From an uncultured Gammaproteobacteria bacterium (GTDB lineage: Bacteria > Pseudomonadota > Gammaproteobacteria > Steroidobacterales > Steroidobacteraceae): 64,000 nucleotides of DNA. The first letter of the stretch is position 1. Every line of letters begins with the position of its first letter. Positions 26,906 to 36,683 of the stretch are shown here, one piece after another. A program made the position numbers and the translations under genes. The stretch is from the NCBI GenBank assembly GCA_963734735.1, contig CAVTIE010000003.1, positions 42,650 to 106,649 of the forward strand, written 5' to 3'. Under the pieces are notes generated by a model, which saw only the letters and a list, made by a program, of their open reading frames with translations, was not told where the DNA came from and ran no database searches.

Positions 26906-29404
26906 GTGCCGGTGATTACGCGACTGAACAGGCGGCTCCGCATCGCGGCAACCGTCATCGTCTCGATCGCGGGCCTGGTCGGCCTCGCCTTTCTCGCCAC
27001 CTACTACTACCTGAAGCCCACGCTGCCGGACGTCGCGGTGCTCCGCGACGTGCGCCTGCAGGTACCGCTTCGCGTCTACAGCCGCGACGGCCGGCTGCTC
27101 GCGCAGATCGGCGAGCAGCGCCGCGTGCCGGTGATCTGGGAGCAGATCCCCGAGGTCGTCGTGCAGGCAGTGCTCGCCGCAGAGGACGACCGCTTCTTCG
27201 AGCACCCCGGTGTCGACTGGCAGGGCATCGTCCGCGCCGTGGTCGTCGCCGCCACCACCATGGAGGTATCACAGGGCGGCAGCACGCTGACCCAGCAGCT
27301 CGTGCGCACGACGCTGATCACGAAAGAAAAGCAGCTGCGGCGCAAGTTGCGGGAAGTTTTCCTCGCGCTCTCTCTCGAAACCGAGCTCTCGAAGCAGGAA
27401 ATCTTCACCCTGTTCGTCAACACGCAGTTCCTGGGCCAGCGCTCCTACGGTTTTGCGGCCGCTTCCGAAACCTACTTCGGAAAGACGCTCATGGAGGTCG
27501 ATGCGAGCGAGGCGGCGCTGCTCGCCGGGATTCTCCAGGCGCCGTCGCGGCAGAATCCCGTCGCGAGCGTGGAGCAGGCCACCGAGCGGCGCGCCTACGT
27601 GCTGCGCCGCATGCGCGAGCTCGGGTTCCTCGACGACGCCGCGTGGCAGGCAGCCATGGACAAGCCCGTCGCGCGAGGCCTGCACGGGCCGCGCGTGCAG
27701 GTCGACGCGCCCTACGTCGGTGAAATGGTGCGCCTCGTGCTCTTCGAGAAGTTCGGCGAGCGCATCTATTCCGAGGGATTCCAGGTCGTCACGACGATCG
27801 ACAGCCGCCTGCAGCGTGCGGCCGACATCGCGCTCCGCAGCGCCGTGCTCGAGTACGACCGTCGCCACGGCTGGCGCGGGCGCGTGGGGCGCGTCGAGGT
27901 GACCGAAGGAGACGACGCCGCCATCGCCGCCGCCATCGAGGAAAGGCCGGTGGTCGGCGGGCTCATCCCCGCCATCGTCGTCGTCACGAATGCCAGCGAA
28001 GCCACGGTCGTCGCCCGCAGCGGCCTGCGCTACCGGCTCCCGATGGAGGGCATCCGCTGGGCCCGGACCGGAGACGTGACGCCCAAGACGCCGCGGGACG
28101 TATTGAAGATCGGCGATATCGTTTACGTCCTGCCGTCGGGGGAAGGCGAGGCCCTGCTCGCCCAGTTGCCCGAAGTCCAGGGCGCAATCGTCTCGCTCGA
28201 CCCGCATGACGGCGCGATCGTCGCCGTGTCCGGCGGCTTTGATTACGACGCCTCCAAGTACAATCGCGTGGTCCAGGCGCGCAGGCAGCCGGGGTCCTCG
28301 TTCAAGCCGTTCATCTATTCCGCCGCGCTCGAGGCCGGCCTGACGCCGGCGTCCGTCATCCTCGACGCGCCGGTCGTCTACGAGGCGCCGGATGCGGAAG
28401 TCGGCATCGGCCAGCGCGAAGGGGCGGTCGAGGGCGAGGAGCCCGAGCAGGAGGACTGGCGCCCGGTGAATGATTCCCGGCGCTTTTACGGCCCGACGCG
28501 CCTGCGCGATGCGCTCGCGCGCTCCCGCAACCTCGTCACCATCCGGGTCATGCGCCAGATCGGCGTCGGCTTCACGCGCGAGTACGTCCAGCGATTCGGG
28601 CTGCCGAAAGAGCACATTCCGGCGGACCTCACGGCCGCGCTCGGCACGGCGCAGCTCACGCCGCTCGAGATGGCGAACGGCTTTTCCGTCTTTGCCAACG
28701 GCGGCGCCCTCGTGCGGTCGCACCTCATCGACCGGATCCTTGCCGCCGACGGCAGCATCCTCGAGGAGACCGACGTCGCGATCGCCTGCACCGGCTGCGG
28801 CACGCCGGCCGAGGAGCCGGTTGCGCCGCCGCCGCTCTCGGTCGATGGCAACGGGTCGGGCGTCCTGCGCGCGGCGGACATCGGCGGCAGCCTGCCGCCG
28901 CCCACCACGGAACAGCTGGCCCCGCAGGTGATCACGGAGGCGAATGCCTGGATCATCACGGACCTCTTGCGCGACGTCATCCGCCGCGGCACGGGCCAGC
29001 GCGCGCGAGCGCTCGGCCGGGACGACCTTGCCGGCAAGACCGGGACCACGAATGACGGCCGCGATGCCTGGTTCTCGGGCTTCAACCCGGACCTGGTCGC
29101 GACCACCTGGGTTGGATTCGATCAGGAGCGCCCGCTCGGCCCGGACGAGGAAGGCGCGCGCACGGCGCTGCCGATGTGGATCTATTTCATGCGCGAGGCG
29201 TTGAGCCGCCTGCCGGAGCGGCGCCTGCCGATGCCGGACGGAGTCGTGACCGCGCGCATCAGCGCCGACCCCACCGGGTTCAGCGAGGAAACGAGCACGG
29301 CGTTCGAGTATTTCCTCGCCGATCACCTGCCCGCGGGCGTCGCGGGCGAGGGCCAGGAAGACGGTGCGACGCCGCCGCAGAAATACGAGGAGCCGATATT
29401 CTGA
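26906..29404 (+). CDS. mrcA: Penicillin-binding protein 1A (bifunctional glycosyltransferase/transpeptidase)
   Basis: GT51 motifs EDDRFFEHPGVD and GGSTLTQQL; transpeptidase SSFKP and KTGTT. Confidence 0.95.
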   Translation: MPVITRLNRRLRIAATVIVSIAGLVGLAFLATYYYLKPTLPDVAVLRDVRLQVPLRVYSRDGRLLAQIGEQRRVPVIWEQIPEVVVQAVLAAEDDRFFEHPGVDWQGIVRAVVVAATTMEVSQGGSTLTQQLVRTTLITKEKQLRRKLREVFLALSLETELSKQEIFTLFVNTQFLGQRSYGFAAASETYFGKTLMEVDASEAALLAGILQAPSRQNPVASVEQATERRAYVLRRMRELGFLDDAAWQAAMDKPVARGLHGPRVQVDAPYVGEMVRLVLFEKFGERIYSEGFQVVTTIDSRLQRAADIALRSAVLEYDRRHGWRGRVGRVEVTEGDDAAIAAAIEERPVVGGLIPAIVVVTNASEATVVARSGLRYRLPMEGIRWARTGDVTPKTPRDVLKIGDIVYVLPSGEGEALLAQLPEVQGAIVSLDPHDGAIVAVSGGFDYDASKYNRVVQARRQPGSSFKPFIYSAALEAGLTPASVILDAPVVYEAPDAEVGIGQREGAVEGEEPEQEDWRPVNDSRRFYGPTRLRDALARSRNLVTIRVMRQIGVGFTREYVQRFGLPKEHIPADLTAALGTAQLTPLEMANGFSVFANGGALVRSHLIDRILAADGSILEETDVAIACTGCGTPAEEPVAPPPLSVDGNGSGVLRAADIGGSLPPPTTEQLAPQVITEANAWIITDLLRDVIRRGTGQRARALGRDDLAGKTGTTNDGRDAWFSGFNPDLVATTWVGFDQERPLGPDEEGARTALPMWIYFMREALSRLPERRLPMPDGVVTARISADPTGFSEETSTAFEYFLADHLPAGVAGEGQEDGATPPQKYEEPIF

Positions 29405-30036
29405 TGGCGAAGCGATCGGTGCGCGGCGACATGATGCGCCAGGCCATCGCGCGCGAAGCCGCGCGGCTCATGATCGAGCACGGCCACGACGACTACGGCC
29501 TCGTCAAGCGCAAGGCCGCCGAGCGCTTCGGGGTCACGGATCTCGCCGTGCTGCCGAAGAACACGGAGATCGAGGCGGCACTCGCCGAGCACCAGCGGCT
29601 GTTCGTGCCGGAGACGCACGCGAGCGAGCTCGCCTCGATGCGAAGCACCGCGCTCGAGGCGATGCGCCTGCTGGCCGAGTTCGAGCCGCGCCTCGTCGGG
29701 CCGCTGCTCTCGGGCACCGCAACCGCGCACAACGACATCACCCTGCACCTCTTTGCCGACACGCCGGAAACCGTCGCCGTGAGGCTCCTCGACCGCGGCA
29801 TCCCGCACCAGGTTGCGGAGCGGCGGTTTCGCATGCAGCGCGACGAGGTGGAGGCGTTCCCGACGGTCCACTTCGTGGCCGGTGAGCACGAGATCGACGC
29901 GACGATTTTTCCGCTCGACGGAATCCGGCAGGCGCCGCCGGGACCGGTGGACGGCCGGCCGATGCGCCGCGCGACGCTCGACGAAGTGGAAGGCTTGCTA
30001 CGGGCAGAAGGGGACGCACCCCTTCATATTCGTTGA
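29404..30036 (+). CDS. Conserved hypothetical protein (210 aa)
   Basis: The ATG overlaps the mrcA stop (TGATG). Protein-like composition. The last 9 codons lie in a REP element. Confidence 0.6.
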   Translation: MAKRSVRGDMMRQAIAREAARLMIEHGHDDYGLVKRKAAERFGVTDLAVLPKNTEIEAALAEHQRLFVPETHASELASMRSTALEAMRLLAEFEPRLVGPLLSGTATAHNDITLHLFADTPETVAVRLLDRGIPHQVAERRFRMQRDEVEAFPTVHFVAGEHEIDATIFPLDGIRQAPPGPVDGRPMRRATLDEVEGLLRAEGDAPLHIR

Positions 30037-30095
30037 CGGCAGCTTGCATGAAGGGGTCCGTCCCCTTCGCGAATATGAAGGGGTGCGTCCCCTTC
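30008..30095. repeat. REP-like palindromic element (26/26-bp perfect arms plus inner hairpin)
   Basis: gaaggggacgcaccccttcatattcg at 30008-30033 is the exact reverse complement of 30070-30095. Inner copy gaaggggtccgtccccttc. Confidence 0.9.
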
Positions 30096-30097
30096 GA

Positions 30098-31393
30098 TCA
30101 GCGCTTTTTGACGGGGACGTAATCCCGGCGCGTGGGCCCGGTGTAGAGCTGGCGGGGACGCGCAATCTTCATCTCGGGATCCGAGATCATCTCGGACCAG
30201 TGCGCCACCCAGCCCGCCGTGCGGGCGATCGCAAACATCACGGTGAACATCTCGCGCGGGATGCCGAGCGCGCGGTAGATGATGCCGGAATAGAAGTCGA
30301 CATTCGGGTACAGCTTGCGGCTGATGAAGTAGTCGTCCTTCAGGGCGACCTCCTCGAGCCGGAGCGCGAGCTCGAACAGCGGGTTGTCGCTCTGGCCGAG
30401 CTTGCCGAGCACCTTGTGGCACATCTCGCGGATGATGGTCGCGCGCGGGTCGAAGTTCTTGTACACGCGGTGGCCGAAACCCATCAGCCGCACGCCGTCC
30501 TTCTTGTCCTTTACGCGGGCCAGGAACCCGTCGACCTGGCTCGCGTCGCCGATCTTCTCGAGCATGTCGACGACCGCTTCGTTCGCGCCACCGTGGGCCG
30601 GGCCCCAGAGCGCCGACACGCCGGCTGACATCGCCGTATACGGATTGCAGCCGGTGCTGCCGGCGAGCCGCACCGTCGAGGTGCTCGCGTTCTGCTCGTG
30701 GTCCGCGTGCAGGATGAAGAGCAGGTCGAGCGCCTTCGAGTGCAGCGAGTCGACCTCGTAGGGCTCGCAGGGCACGGCGAAGAACATGTGCAGCATGTTC
30801 GCCGTGTAGTCGAGGTCGTTCCGCGGGTAGATGAATGGCTGTCCGAGCGCGTGCTTGTAGGCGGCGGCCGCGATCGTCGGCAGCTTCGCGATCATGCGAT
30901 GCGTGAAAATCTCGCGGTGCCGGTCGTCCGTGATGTCGGTCGAGTCGTGATAGAAGGCGGCGAGCGAGGCGACGATCGTCGCGACCATCGCCATCGGGTG
31001 CGCGTCATGGTGAAATCCGCGGTACAGCCGTATGAGCCACTCGTTGAGCATCGTGTGGCGGGAAATCGAGTACGTGAATGCCGTGAGCTCCTTCGCGCTC
31101 GGCAATTCCCCTTTCTGAAGCAGGTAGGAAACCTCGAGGAAGCTGCTGTGCCCGGCGAGCTGCTCGATCGGGTAGCCGCGGTAGAGCAGCACGCCCGCGT
31201 CGCCGTCGATGTAGGTGATGGCGCTCGCGGTCGCTGCGGTCGCCATGAAGCCCGGGTCGTAGGTGAAGACGCCGTGGTCTTTCTGGAGCGTGCTGATGTC
31301 CAGCACGTCGGGACCGACAGAACCTGACAGGGCCGCGAGCTCGCTCGAGCGTCCGGTCGCCAGGTCAGTCAACTGATATTTCTTGCTGGCCAT
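30098..31393 (-). CDS. gltA: Citrate synthase (type II)
   Basis: 431 aa from MASKKYQL. HADHEQNASTSTVR and GFGHRVYKNFDPR motifs. Confidence 0.95.
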   Translation of the reverse strand: MASKKYQLTDLATGRSSELAALSGSVGPDVLDISTLQKDHGVFTYDPGFMATAATASAITYIDGDAGVLLYRGYPIEQLAGHSSFLEVSYLLQKGELPSAKELTAFTYSISRHTMLNEWLIRLYRGFHHDAHPMAMVATIVASLAAFYHDSTDITDDRHREIFTHRMIAKLPTIAAAAYKHALGQPFIYPRNDLDYTANMLHMFFAVPCEPYEVDSLHSKALDLLFILHADHEQNASTSTVRLAGSTGCNPYTAMSAGVSALWGPAHGGANEAVVDMLEKIGDASQVDGFLARVKDKKDGVRLMGFGHRVYKNFDPRATIIREMCHKVLGKLGQSDNPLFELALRLEEVALKDDYFISRKLYPNVDFYSGIIYRALGIPREMFTVMFAIARTAGWVAHWSEMISDPEMKIARPRQLYTGPTRRDYVPVKKR

Positions 31394-31471
31394 CGTTTTC
31401 CCGCGAGGGAGACTGTCATGCTGCACTGCGGGAATCAAGGCTCGCAACCCGCCCTCGCCTAGAATGCGCGG

Positions 31472-32674
31472 ATGAGCCGGGACATCGCGATCTACGTGCA
31501 CCTGCCCTGGTGCGTAAAGAAGTGTCCCTATTGCGATTTCAACTCGCACGCCCAGCCGGATCGCATCCCGGAAGTGGAATATGTCTCCGCGCTCCTGGCC
31601 GATCTCGACGGCGACCTCGATCTCGCGGCCGGCCGGCAAGTCGGCAGCGTATTCCTGGGCGGCGGGACTCCGTCGTTGTTCGGCACGGGCGCCATCGACA
31701 CGCTCATCGGCGGGCTTGCGACCCGCCTCCCCTTCGCGACAGACGCCGAAATCACGATGGAGGCGAACCCCGGCACCGTCGAGCACGGGCGGTTCGCGGG
31801 CTACGCGCGCGCCGGCATCAATCGCGTTTCGCTCGGGGCGCAATCGTTCGATGCCGGTGCATTGAAGGCGCTGGGGCGCATCCATGGTCCGGGCGAGATC
31901 GGCGCCGCAGTCTCGGAGCTGGTCGCAGCCGGCATCGGGAATTTCAACCTCGACCTGATGTACGGACTTCCCGGTCAGACGGTCGAAGGCGCGTTGAGCG
32001 ACGTGGAAGCCGCGATCGAGCTCGAACCCGCGCATCTCTCGCATTACCAGTTGACGCTGGAGCCCGGCACCGCATTTTTTCACCGTCCGCCGGTCCTGCC
32101 GGTGGACGACCTCGCCTGGGAGATGCAGACCGAGTGCCAGCAGTTCATCGCAGCGGCGGGCTTCGAGCACTACGAGGTGTCAGCGTATTCACGGGCCGGG
32201 CGGCAATGCCGCCACAACCTGAATTACTGGCGCTACGGGGACTACCTCGGCATCGGCGCGGGTGCCCACGGCAAGATCACCCTTGACGGCCGGATCACGC
32301 GTACGGAGAAGCCGCGATCACCGCGCGAGTACCTGTCGGGCGGCGGAATGCGGGGCTCCATTCGCCGCAACATCGACCCCGCGGAACTGCCGTTCGAGTT
32401 CATGCTGAATGCACTGCGGCTGACTGAGGGTTTCGAGACCCGCGATTTCGAGCGCCAGACGGGTCTCGACGGAGCGGTCATCGAGCCTGCGATGGCGAGG
32501 CTTCACGCTCGGGGCTTGCTCGAACGTTCCGCTGGTCACGTGCGACCGACCGAGCTCGGGTTCCGCTTCCTGAATGACCTTCAGTCCGAATTCCTTGCGG
32601 ACGCGGCCGATCCGCCTCGAGGGCCGCGGCAGCCACGTCAGGCGCCTGCGCTGCAGGAACCGCGGGAAACCTGA
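31472..32674 (+). CDS. hemW: Radical SAM heme chaperone HemW (HemN-like)
   Basis: YVHLPWCVKKCPYCDF (CxxxCxxC), GGGTPSL. The C-terminal ~30 aa P/R-rich tail is atypical. Confidence 0.85.
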   Translation: MSRDIAIYVHLPWCVKKCPYCDFNSHAQPDRIPEVEYVSALLADLDGDLDLAAGRQVGSVFLGGGTPSLFGTGAIDTLIGGLATRLPFATDAEITMEANPGTVEHGRFAGYARAGINRVSLGAQSFDAGALKALGRIHGPGEIGAAVSELVAAGIGNFNLDLMYGLPGQTVEGALSDVEAAIELEPAHLSHYQLTLEPGTAFFHRPPVLPVDDLAWEMQTECQQFIAAAGFEHYEVSAYSRAGRQCRHNLNYWRYGDYLGIGAGAHGKITLDGRITRTEKPRSPREYLSGGGMRGSIRRNIDPAELPFEFMLNALRLTEGFETRDFERQTGLDGAVIEPAMARLHARGLLERSAGHVRPTELGFRFLNDLQSEFLADAADPPRGPRQPRQAPALQEPRET

Positions 32675-32821
32675 TCCAGGTTGCATCGCCGCCTGGCAGG
32701 ACCGGTAGCCAGAGCAGCATGCGGCTGCCGCCTCGACTCGTGTGCATCAACAACGAGCCGTCCTTCGCGCGCCCCAGCATCGAAGAGGCGCGTTCGAACC
32801 AGTGAAACATGCCCAGCGTCA

Positions 32822-33055
32822 TCACCATCGTTTCCGCGCCGCCCGGCTCTTGGACGCTATGCGTCCAATCCCTTTCCACCAAGAGCATGGAATTGCTGCA
32901 GCCCAGGACGGGGCGCTCAAAGGATTTCGTGCGTCGAGGACGGGACAATCATCCGAAGCCGCCTTGGCCTGTGGTGTCCAGGAGTCCGGATAGACGCCCG
33001 CTGAAAAGCAGCCGGAGATGGCAAGGACCGTCGGAAGTGCGATCAGGCCGCGCAT
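32822..33055 (-). CDS. Putative lipoprotein, N-terminal part; coding likely continues in another frame
   Basis: GGAGGGGG then ATG at 33055. Lipobox MRGLIALPTVLAISGC. Downstream, a more protein-like frame (FERPVLGCSNSMLLVERDWTH...) begins near 32925-32945, implying a 1-nt shift. The true 3' end is unresolved. Confidence 0.4.
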   Translation of the reverse strand: MRGLIALPTVLAISGCFSAGVYPDSWTPQAKAASDDCPVLDARNPLSAPSWAAAIPCSWWKGIGRIASKSRAARKRW

Positions 33056-33293
33056 CGGTACCCCCTCCGTGCGAGCGGACAGCGCGAGGCCAGGCCATGC
33101 AAGTTGTACACAGCGGGGCAAGGGCTCGGGCCGGAGAGGGACTTTCGACGCTTTGTTAGCGAGGTGCCTTAACTGTCATGCCATAAACCCTTGTTTTATA
33201 TGAGCAATATGGCCTGCTCAAAATTTAATCAAAGCGTCATATATGCGGGAATGGTCGAAGGGCTCGCCAAGGAAGGCCTGTCGCTCCACAGAG

Positions 33294-33316
33294 TTATCCA
33301 CATATTTTGTGGATAA
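33294..33316. promoter_or_regulatory. Two perfect consensus DnaA boxes in inverted orientation
   Basis: TTATCCACA (33294-33302), tattt, TGTGGATAA (33308-33316), inside the only AT-rich tract of the window (about 33165-33360). Confidence 0.6.
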
Positions 33317-33377
33317 GAAAAAAAAGCCAGCAAATCCGGCAACTTATGTCACTCACATTCGCGGTTTCGGGCCAATC

Positions 33378-33406
33378 TTGCCTGCCGCGCAGCGGCCCAG
33401 TAGACT
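33378..33406 (+). promoter_or_regulatory. Putative sigma70 promoter of rpmE
   Basis: TTGCCT, 17 nt, TAGACT, ending about 37 nt upstream of the rpmE ATG. Confidence 0.35.
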
Positions 33407-33442
33407 GCGCGCCCCTCGGAACTCCGCATGGGAATCGCAGCG

Positions 33443-33646
33443 ATGAAAGAAGGCGTCCACCCCAAGTACACCGAAATCACGGTGACCTGCACCTGCGGGA
33501 ACACCTTCCAGACGCGCTCGACCCTCGGCAGCAACCTCGAGGTCGAAGTCTGCTCGAACTGCCATCCGTTCTACACTGGCAAGCAGAAGATCCTGGACTC
33601 GGGCGGCCGCGTCGATCGCTTCCGCAAGAAGTACGGCCTGAAGTAA
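33443..33646 (+). CDS. rpmE: 50S ribosomal protein L31 (zinc-ribbon C+ form)
   Basis: MKEGVHPKY...CTCG...[13 protein letters not shown]. Confidence 0.95.
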   Translation: MKEGVHPKYTEITVTCTCGNTFQTRSTLGSNLEVEVCSNCHPFYTGKQKILDSGGRVDRFRKKYGLK

Positions 33647-33738
33647 GGCTTCCCTGGCGGCCCCGGCCGTCAACTTTCCGCAGTCGCCCACGTCTAAGCG
33701 GGTACCGGTACCCTTGGGGCCGGGTACCGGAGACGTCC

Positions 33739-35229
33739 ATGCGCCAATTGCCCGGCATGCTTGCCGCCCTGATCGCGGCCACCGCAGTGGTCGTCATGGC
33801 ATCCGCTCCGGCCATCGCCGCAGAGGAAAAGCAGGAAGAGGTCAAGGACGAGAAGCCGAAGAAGGACAGCAAGGATGTCCGAACGGCGAAGCAGATGCAC
33901 GTCCAGTTCACGCAGACGATGGGCGTGCACCAGGACCTCGAGCTCCAGGAATACGTGCAGCGCGTCGGTAACAAGCTCGCCGCCGTCAGCGACCAGCCCG
34001 ATCTCGACTGGCATTTCACGATCATCGACACCGATGACGTCAACGCCTTCGCGACCATGGGCGGCTACGTCTACATCTCGCGCGGCATCCTGCCCTATTT
34101 CCAGGACGAGTCTGAACTCGCGGCCGTGCTCGGCCACGAAATCGGCCACATCACCGCGGAGCACCTCAAGAAGCAGCAGACGAAAGGCATGATCTCGGGA
34201 CTCGCGAGCGCGGCGACCGCGATATTCACGGGCCAGCCGGCGCTCGCGGACCTGACGAACATGGCCGGCATGGCGATCATCCGCGGCTACGGCCGCGAAG
34301 CCGAGCTGGAAGCCGACCGGCTCGGCGCGGTCTACCTGGCCGCGGCTGGCTACGATCCCGAGGCGATGATCGAGGTGATCTCGACGCTGAAGGACCAGGA
34401 CACGTTCGAGCGCGAGCGCGCGCGCCTCGAAAACCGCCAGCCCCGCCTGTATCACGGCGTGTTCTCATCGCACCCGGACAACGACACCCGCCTCCAGCAG
34501 GCGATCGCGACGGCGGGAAGGTCTTCCAGCCCGACCCCGAGCGAAACGGCAAACAAGGTGGGTTTCCTCCAGGCCGTCGAGGGACTGCCCGTCGGCTCGA
34601 GCGCCCGCCAGGGCATGGTCCGCGACAACCGCTTCTATCACTCGGACATGCAGTTCACGATGGCGTTTCCGCGCGGCTGGCAGATCGTCAATGACCCGCA
34701 GCAGATCGTCGCCATCGCGCCGAGGAAGGATCATTACCTCGAGATCCGCGCGCAGCCGCCGCCGGCCGACGTGACGGATCCCCGCGAATTCGCGATGCGC
34801 GGACTCGCCAATCGACGGCTCGACAATACGGAGACGCTCGACATCAACGGGCTGAAGGGCTGGACCGGCGTCGTGCACGGCGACCCGTCGCCATTCGGGA
34901 AGTCGACGAATGTGCGCTACATCGTCATCTACTACGGAAACCTGATGTGGATCTTCAAGGGCGCGAGCCGCGCAGGCACGGTGACGCCAGCCGGCGACCC
35001 GTTCTTCCTCTCGACCGCCAACACGTTCCGGCGCCTGCGCGGCAACGAATTCGCGCTCGCGGAGCCGTATCGCCTGCACATCGTGCGCGCGAGCCAGACG
35101 ACGACGATCGAGTCGCTCGCAAAGGAAGCACAGGTCAAGAAGTACCCGGAGCAGCAGCTCCGGCTCTTCAACAAGCTCTACCCGGACGGCGAACCGAAAC
35201 CCGGCGACCTGATCAAGACCGTGCGCTGA
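33739..35229 (+). CDS. M48-family zinc metallopeptidase, secreted
   Basis: Signal peptide, HEIGH motif (LGHEIGHITAEH), downstream EAD. Confidence 0.85.
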   Translation: MRQLPGMLAALIAATAVVVMASAPAIAAEEKQEEVKDEKPKKDSKDVRTAKQMHVQFTQTMGVHQDLELQEYVQRVGNKLAAVSDQPDLDWHFTIIDTDDVNAFATMGGYVYISRGILPYFQDESELAAVLGHEIGHITAEHLKKQQTKGMISGLASAATAIFTGQPALADLTNMAGMAIIRGYGREAELEADRLGAVYLAAAGYDPEAMIEVISTLKDQDTFERERARLENRQPRLYHGVFSSHPDNDTRLQQAIATAGRSSSPTPSETANKVGFLQAVEGLPVGSSARQGMVRDNRFYHSDMQFTMAFPRGWQIVNDPQQIVAIAPRKDHYLEIRAQPPPADVTDPREFAMRGLANRRLDNTETLDINGLKGWTGVVHGDPSPFGKSTNVRYIVIYYGNLMWIFKGASRAGTVTPAGDPFFLSTANTFRRLRGNEFALAEPYRLHIVRASQTTTIESLAKEAQVKKYPEQQLRLFNKLYPDGEPKPGDLIKTVR

Positions 35230-35250
35230 GGAAAATGAGGGAAGTCATTT

Positions 35251-35322
35251 TAAAGGGGACGGTCACCTTTAGCGGCGCTGAGCGCCACTGCGGATCTTGC
35301 TAAAGGTGACGTCCCCTTCAAA
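35251..35322. repeat. REP-like palindromic element
   Basis: taaaggggacggtcacctttagc ... gctaaaggtgacgtccccttcaaa (imperfect inverted arms). Confidence 0.8.
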
Positions 35323-35336
35323 TCTGCCCCTTATCT

Positions 35337-35936
35337 TCACCACCCCGCCTCCCGCATGAGCTCGGCGAGGGCCCTGAGCGCCTGCCCCCGGTGGCTCAGG
35401 CGATTCTTCTCCTCGGCGGGCATCTCGGCAGCCGTGCGTGTGTCGCCCGCGACGATGAAGAGCGGGTCGTAGCCGAATCCGCCCACACCGCGCCATCCAA
35501 AGCCGATGCGGCCTTCCCAGGTGGCCTCGGTGACGATCGGCGAGGTATCGGACACGCTTCGCACGAACACCATCACGCAGCGATAGCGCGCGTTTCGTTT
35601 CGTCGCCGGCACGCCGGCGAGTTCCGCGAGGAGCTTTTCGTTGTTCGCCTGCTCGTGGGCCCCCGGCCCCGCGTAGCGGGCGGTGTGCAGTCCCGGCTGC
35701 CCGCCGAGCGCATCCACCTCGAGGCCGGAATCGTCGGCGATCGCCGGAAGCCCGGATATCGCCGCGGCATGGCGCGCCTTCATGAGCGCGTTCGCGACGA
35801 AGCTGTCGCCATCTTCCACGGGCGGCGCGACGCCGAATGCCGATTGCGCGACGACCTCGAGCCCGTGGCCCGCGAGGATTTCGCGCATTTCCCGGAGCTT
35901 GCCGGCATTGCCGGTCGCGAGCACGACACGCCGCAT
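35337..35936 (-). CDS. rdgB: dITP/XTP pyrophosphatase
   Basis: VLATGNAGKLREM...DDSGLEVDALGG.PG..SARY. Confidence 0.9.
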   Translation of the reverse strand: MRRVVLATGNAGKLREMREILAGHGLEVVAQSAFGVAPPVEDGDSFVANALMKARHAAAISGLPAIADDSGLEVDALGGQPGLHTARYAGPGAHEQANNEKLLAELAGVPATKRNARYRCVMVFVRSVSDTSPIVTEATWEGRIGFGWRGVGGFGYDPLFIVAGDTRTAAEMPAEEKNRLSHRGQALRALAELMREAGW

Positions 35937-35947
35937 GGACGGCCGGA

Positions 35948-36664
35948 TCAGTCCTGGCGCGCTTCGAGCTGCAGGGCGAACAGCCGCGCCGTGCCCATGG
36001 CCGCGAGGTTAAGCATCGCGTCGAGCTCCTCGCGCCGGAAAGCATGGCCCTCCGCCGTTCCCTGCACCTCGATGAAGGCGCCGCCGGAATTCATAACGAC
36101 ATTCATGTCCGTCTCGGCCTCGACGTCCTCGGTGTACTCGAGATCGAGCAGCGGCACGCCCTTCACGATGCCGACCGAGACCGCCGCGATCTGCCCGTGC
36201 AGCGGGTTCGCGGTGAGCACGCGGCGTTCGATCAGCGTGTCGATGGCGTCGGCGAGCGCGACGTACGCGCCCGTGATGGCGGCAGTCCGCGTGCCGCCGT
36301 CCGCCTGCAGGACATCGCAGTCGAGCGTGATCGTGCGCTCGCCGATGGCGCCGAGATCGATGCAGGCGCGAAGCGAGCGGCCGATCAGCCGCTGGATCTC
36401 CTGGGTGCGGCCGGCCTGCTTGCCACGAGCCGCTTCGCGCGGGCTTCGGGTATGGGTCGCGCGCGGCAGCATGCCGTATTCCGCCGTCAGCCAGCCCTTG
36501 CCGCTGTTGCGCAGGAAAGGCGGCACGCCGTTTTCCACGCTCACCGTGCAGAGCACGCGCGTCGCGCCGAACTCCGAGAGGACGGAGCCCTCCGCATGCG
36601 CCGTGAAGCTGCGCGTAAAACGCACGGGCCGAAGCATGTCGGCCGCACGGCCACCGTTTCGCAT
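35948..36664 (-). CDS. rph: Ribonuclease PH
   Basis: Start at [20 protein letters not shown]...[14 protein letters not shown]...[14 protein letters not shown]. Confidence 0.95.
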   Translation of the reverse strand: MRNGGRAADMLRPVRFTRSFTAHAEGSVLSEFGATRVLCTVSVENGVPPFLRNSGKGWLTAEYGMLPRATHTRSPREAARGKQAGRTQEIQRLIGRSLRACIDLGAIGERTITLDCDVLQADGGTRTAAITGAYVALADAIDTLIERRVLTANPLHGQIAAVSVGIVKGVPLLDLEYTEDVEAETDMNVVMNSGGAFIEVQGTAEGHAFRREELDAMLNLAAMGTARLFALQLEARQD

Positions 36665-36683
36665 GAGGAACTCCGTGCCGGCG

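Noticed and set aside
31394-32170. Upstream extension of the citrate synthase ORF to 690 codons
   Set aside because: The extension overlaps hemW in antisense and has no citrate-synthase similarity. MASKKYQL at 31393 gives the canonical ~431-aa enzyme.
33165-33360. AT-rich tract with DnaA boxes as the chromosomal origin (oriC)
   Set aside because: Only two boxes are present. There is no cluster of additional boxes, no repeated AT-rich 13-mers and no GATC clustering. No dnaA/dnaN/gidA neighbours occur, and there is no switch of gene orientation around it. A DARS/datA-like site or operator is more plausible.
33243-33446. 67-codon ORF upstream of rpmE covering the DnaA-box region
   Set aside because: No RBS, a Lys-run produced by the A8 tract, and it overlaps the rpmE promoter and start. 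Almost certainly non-coding.
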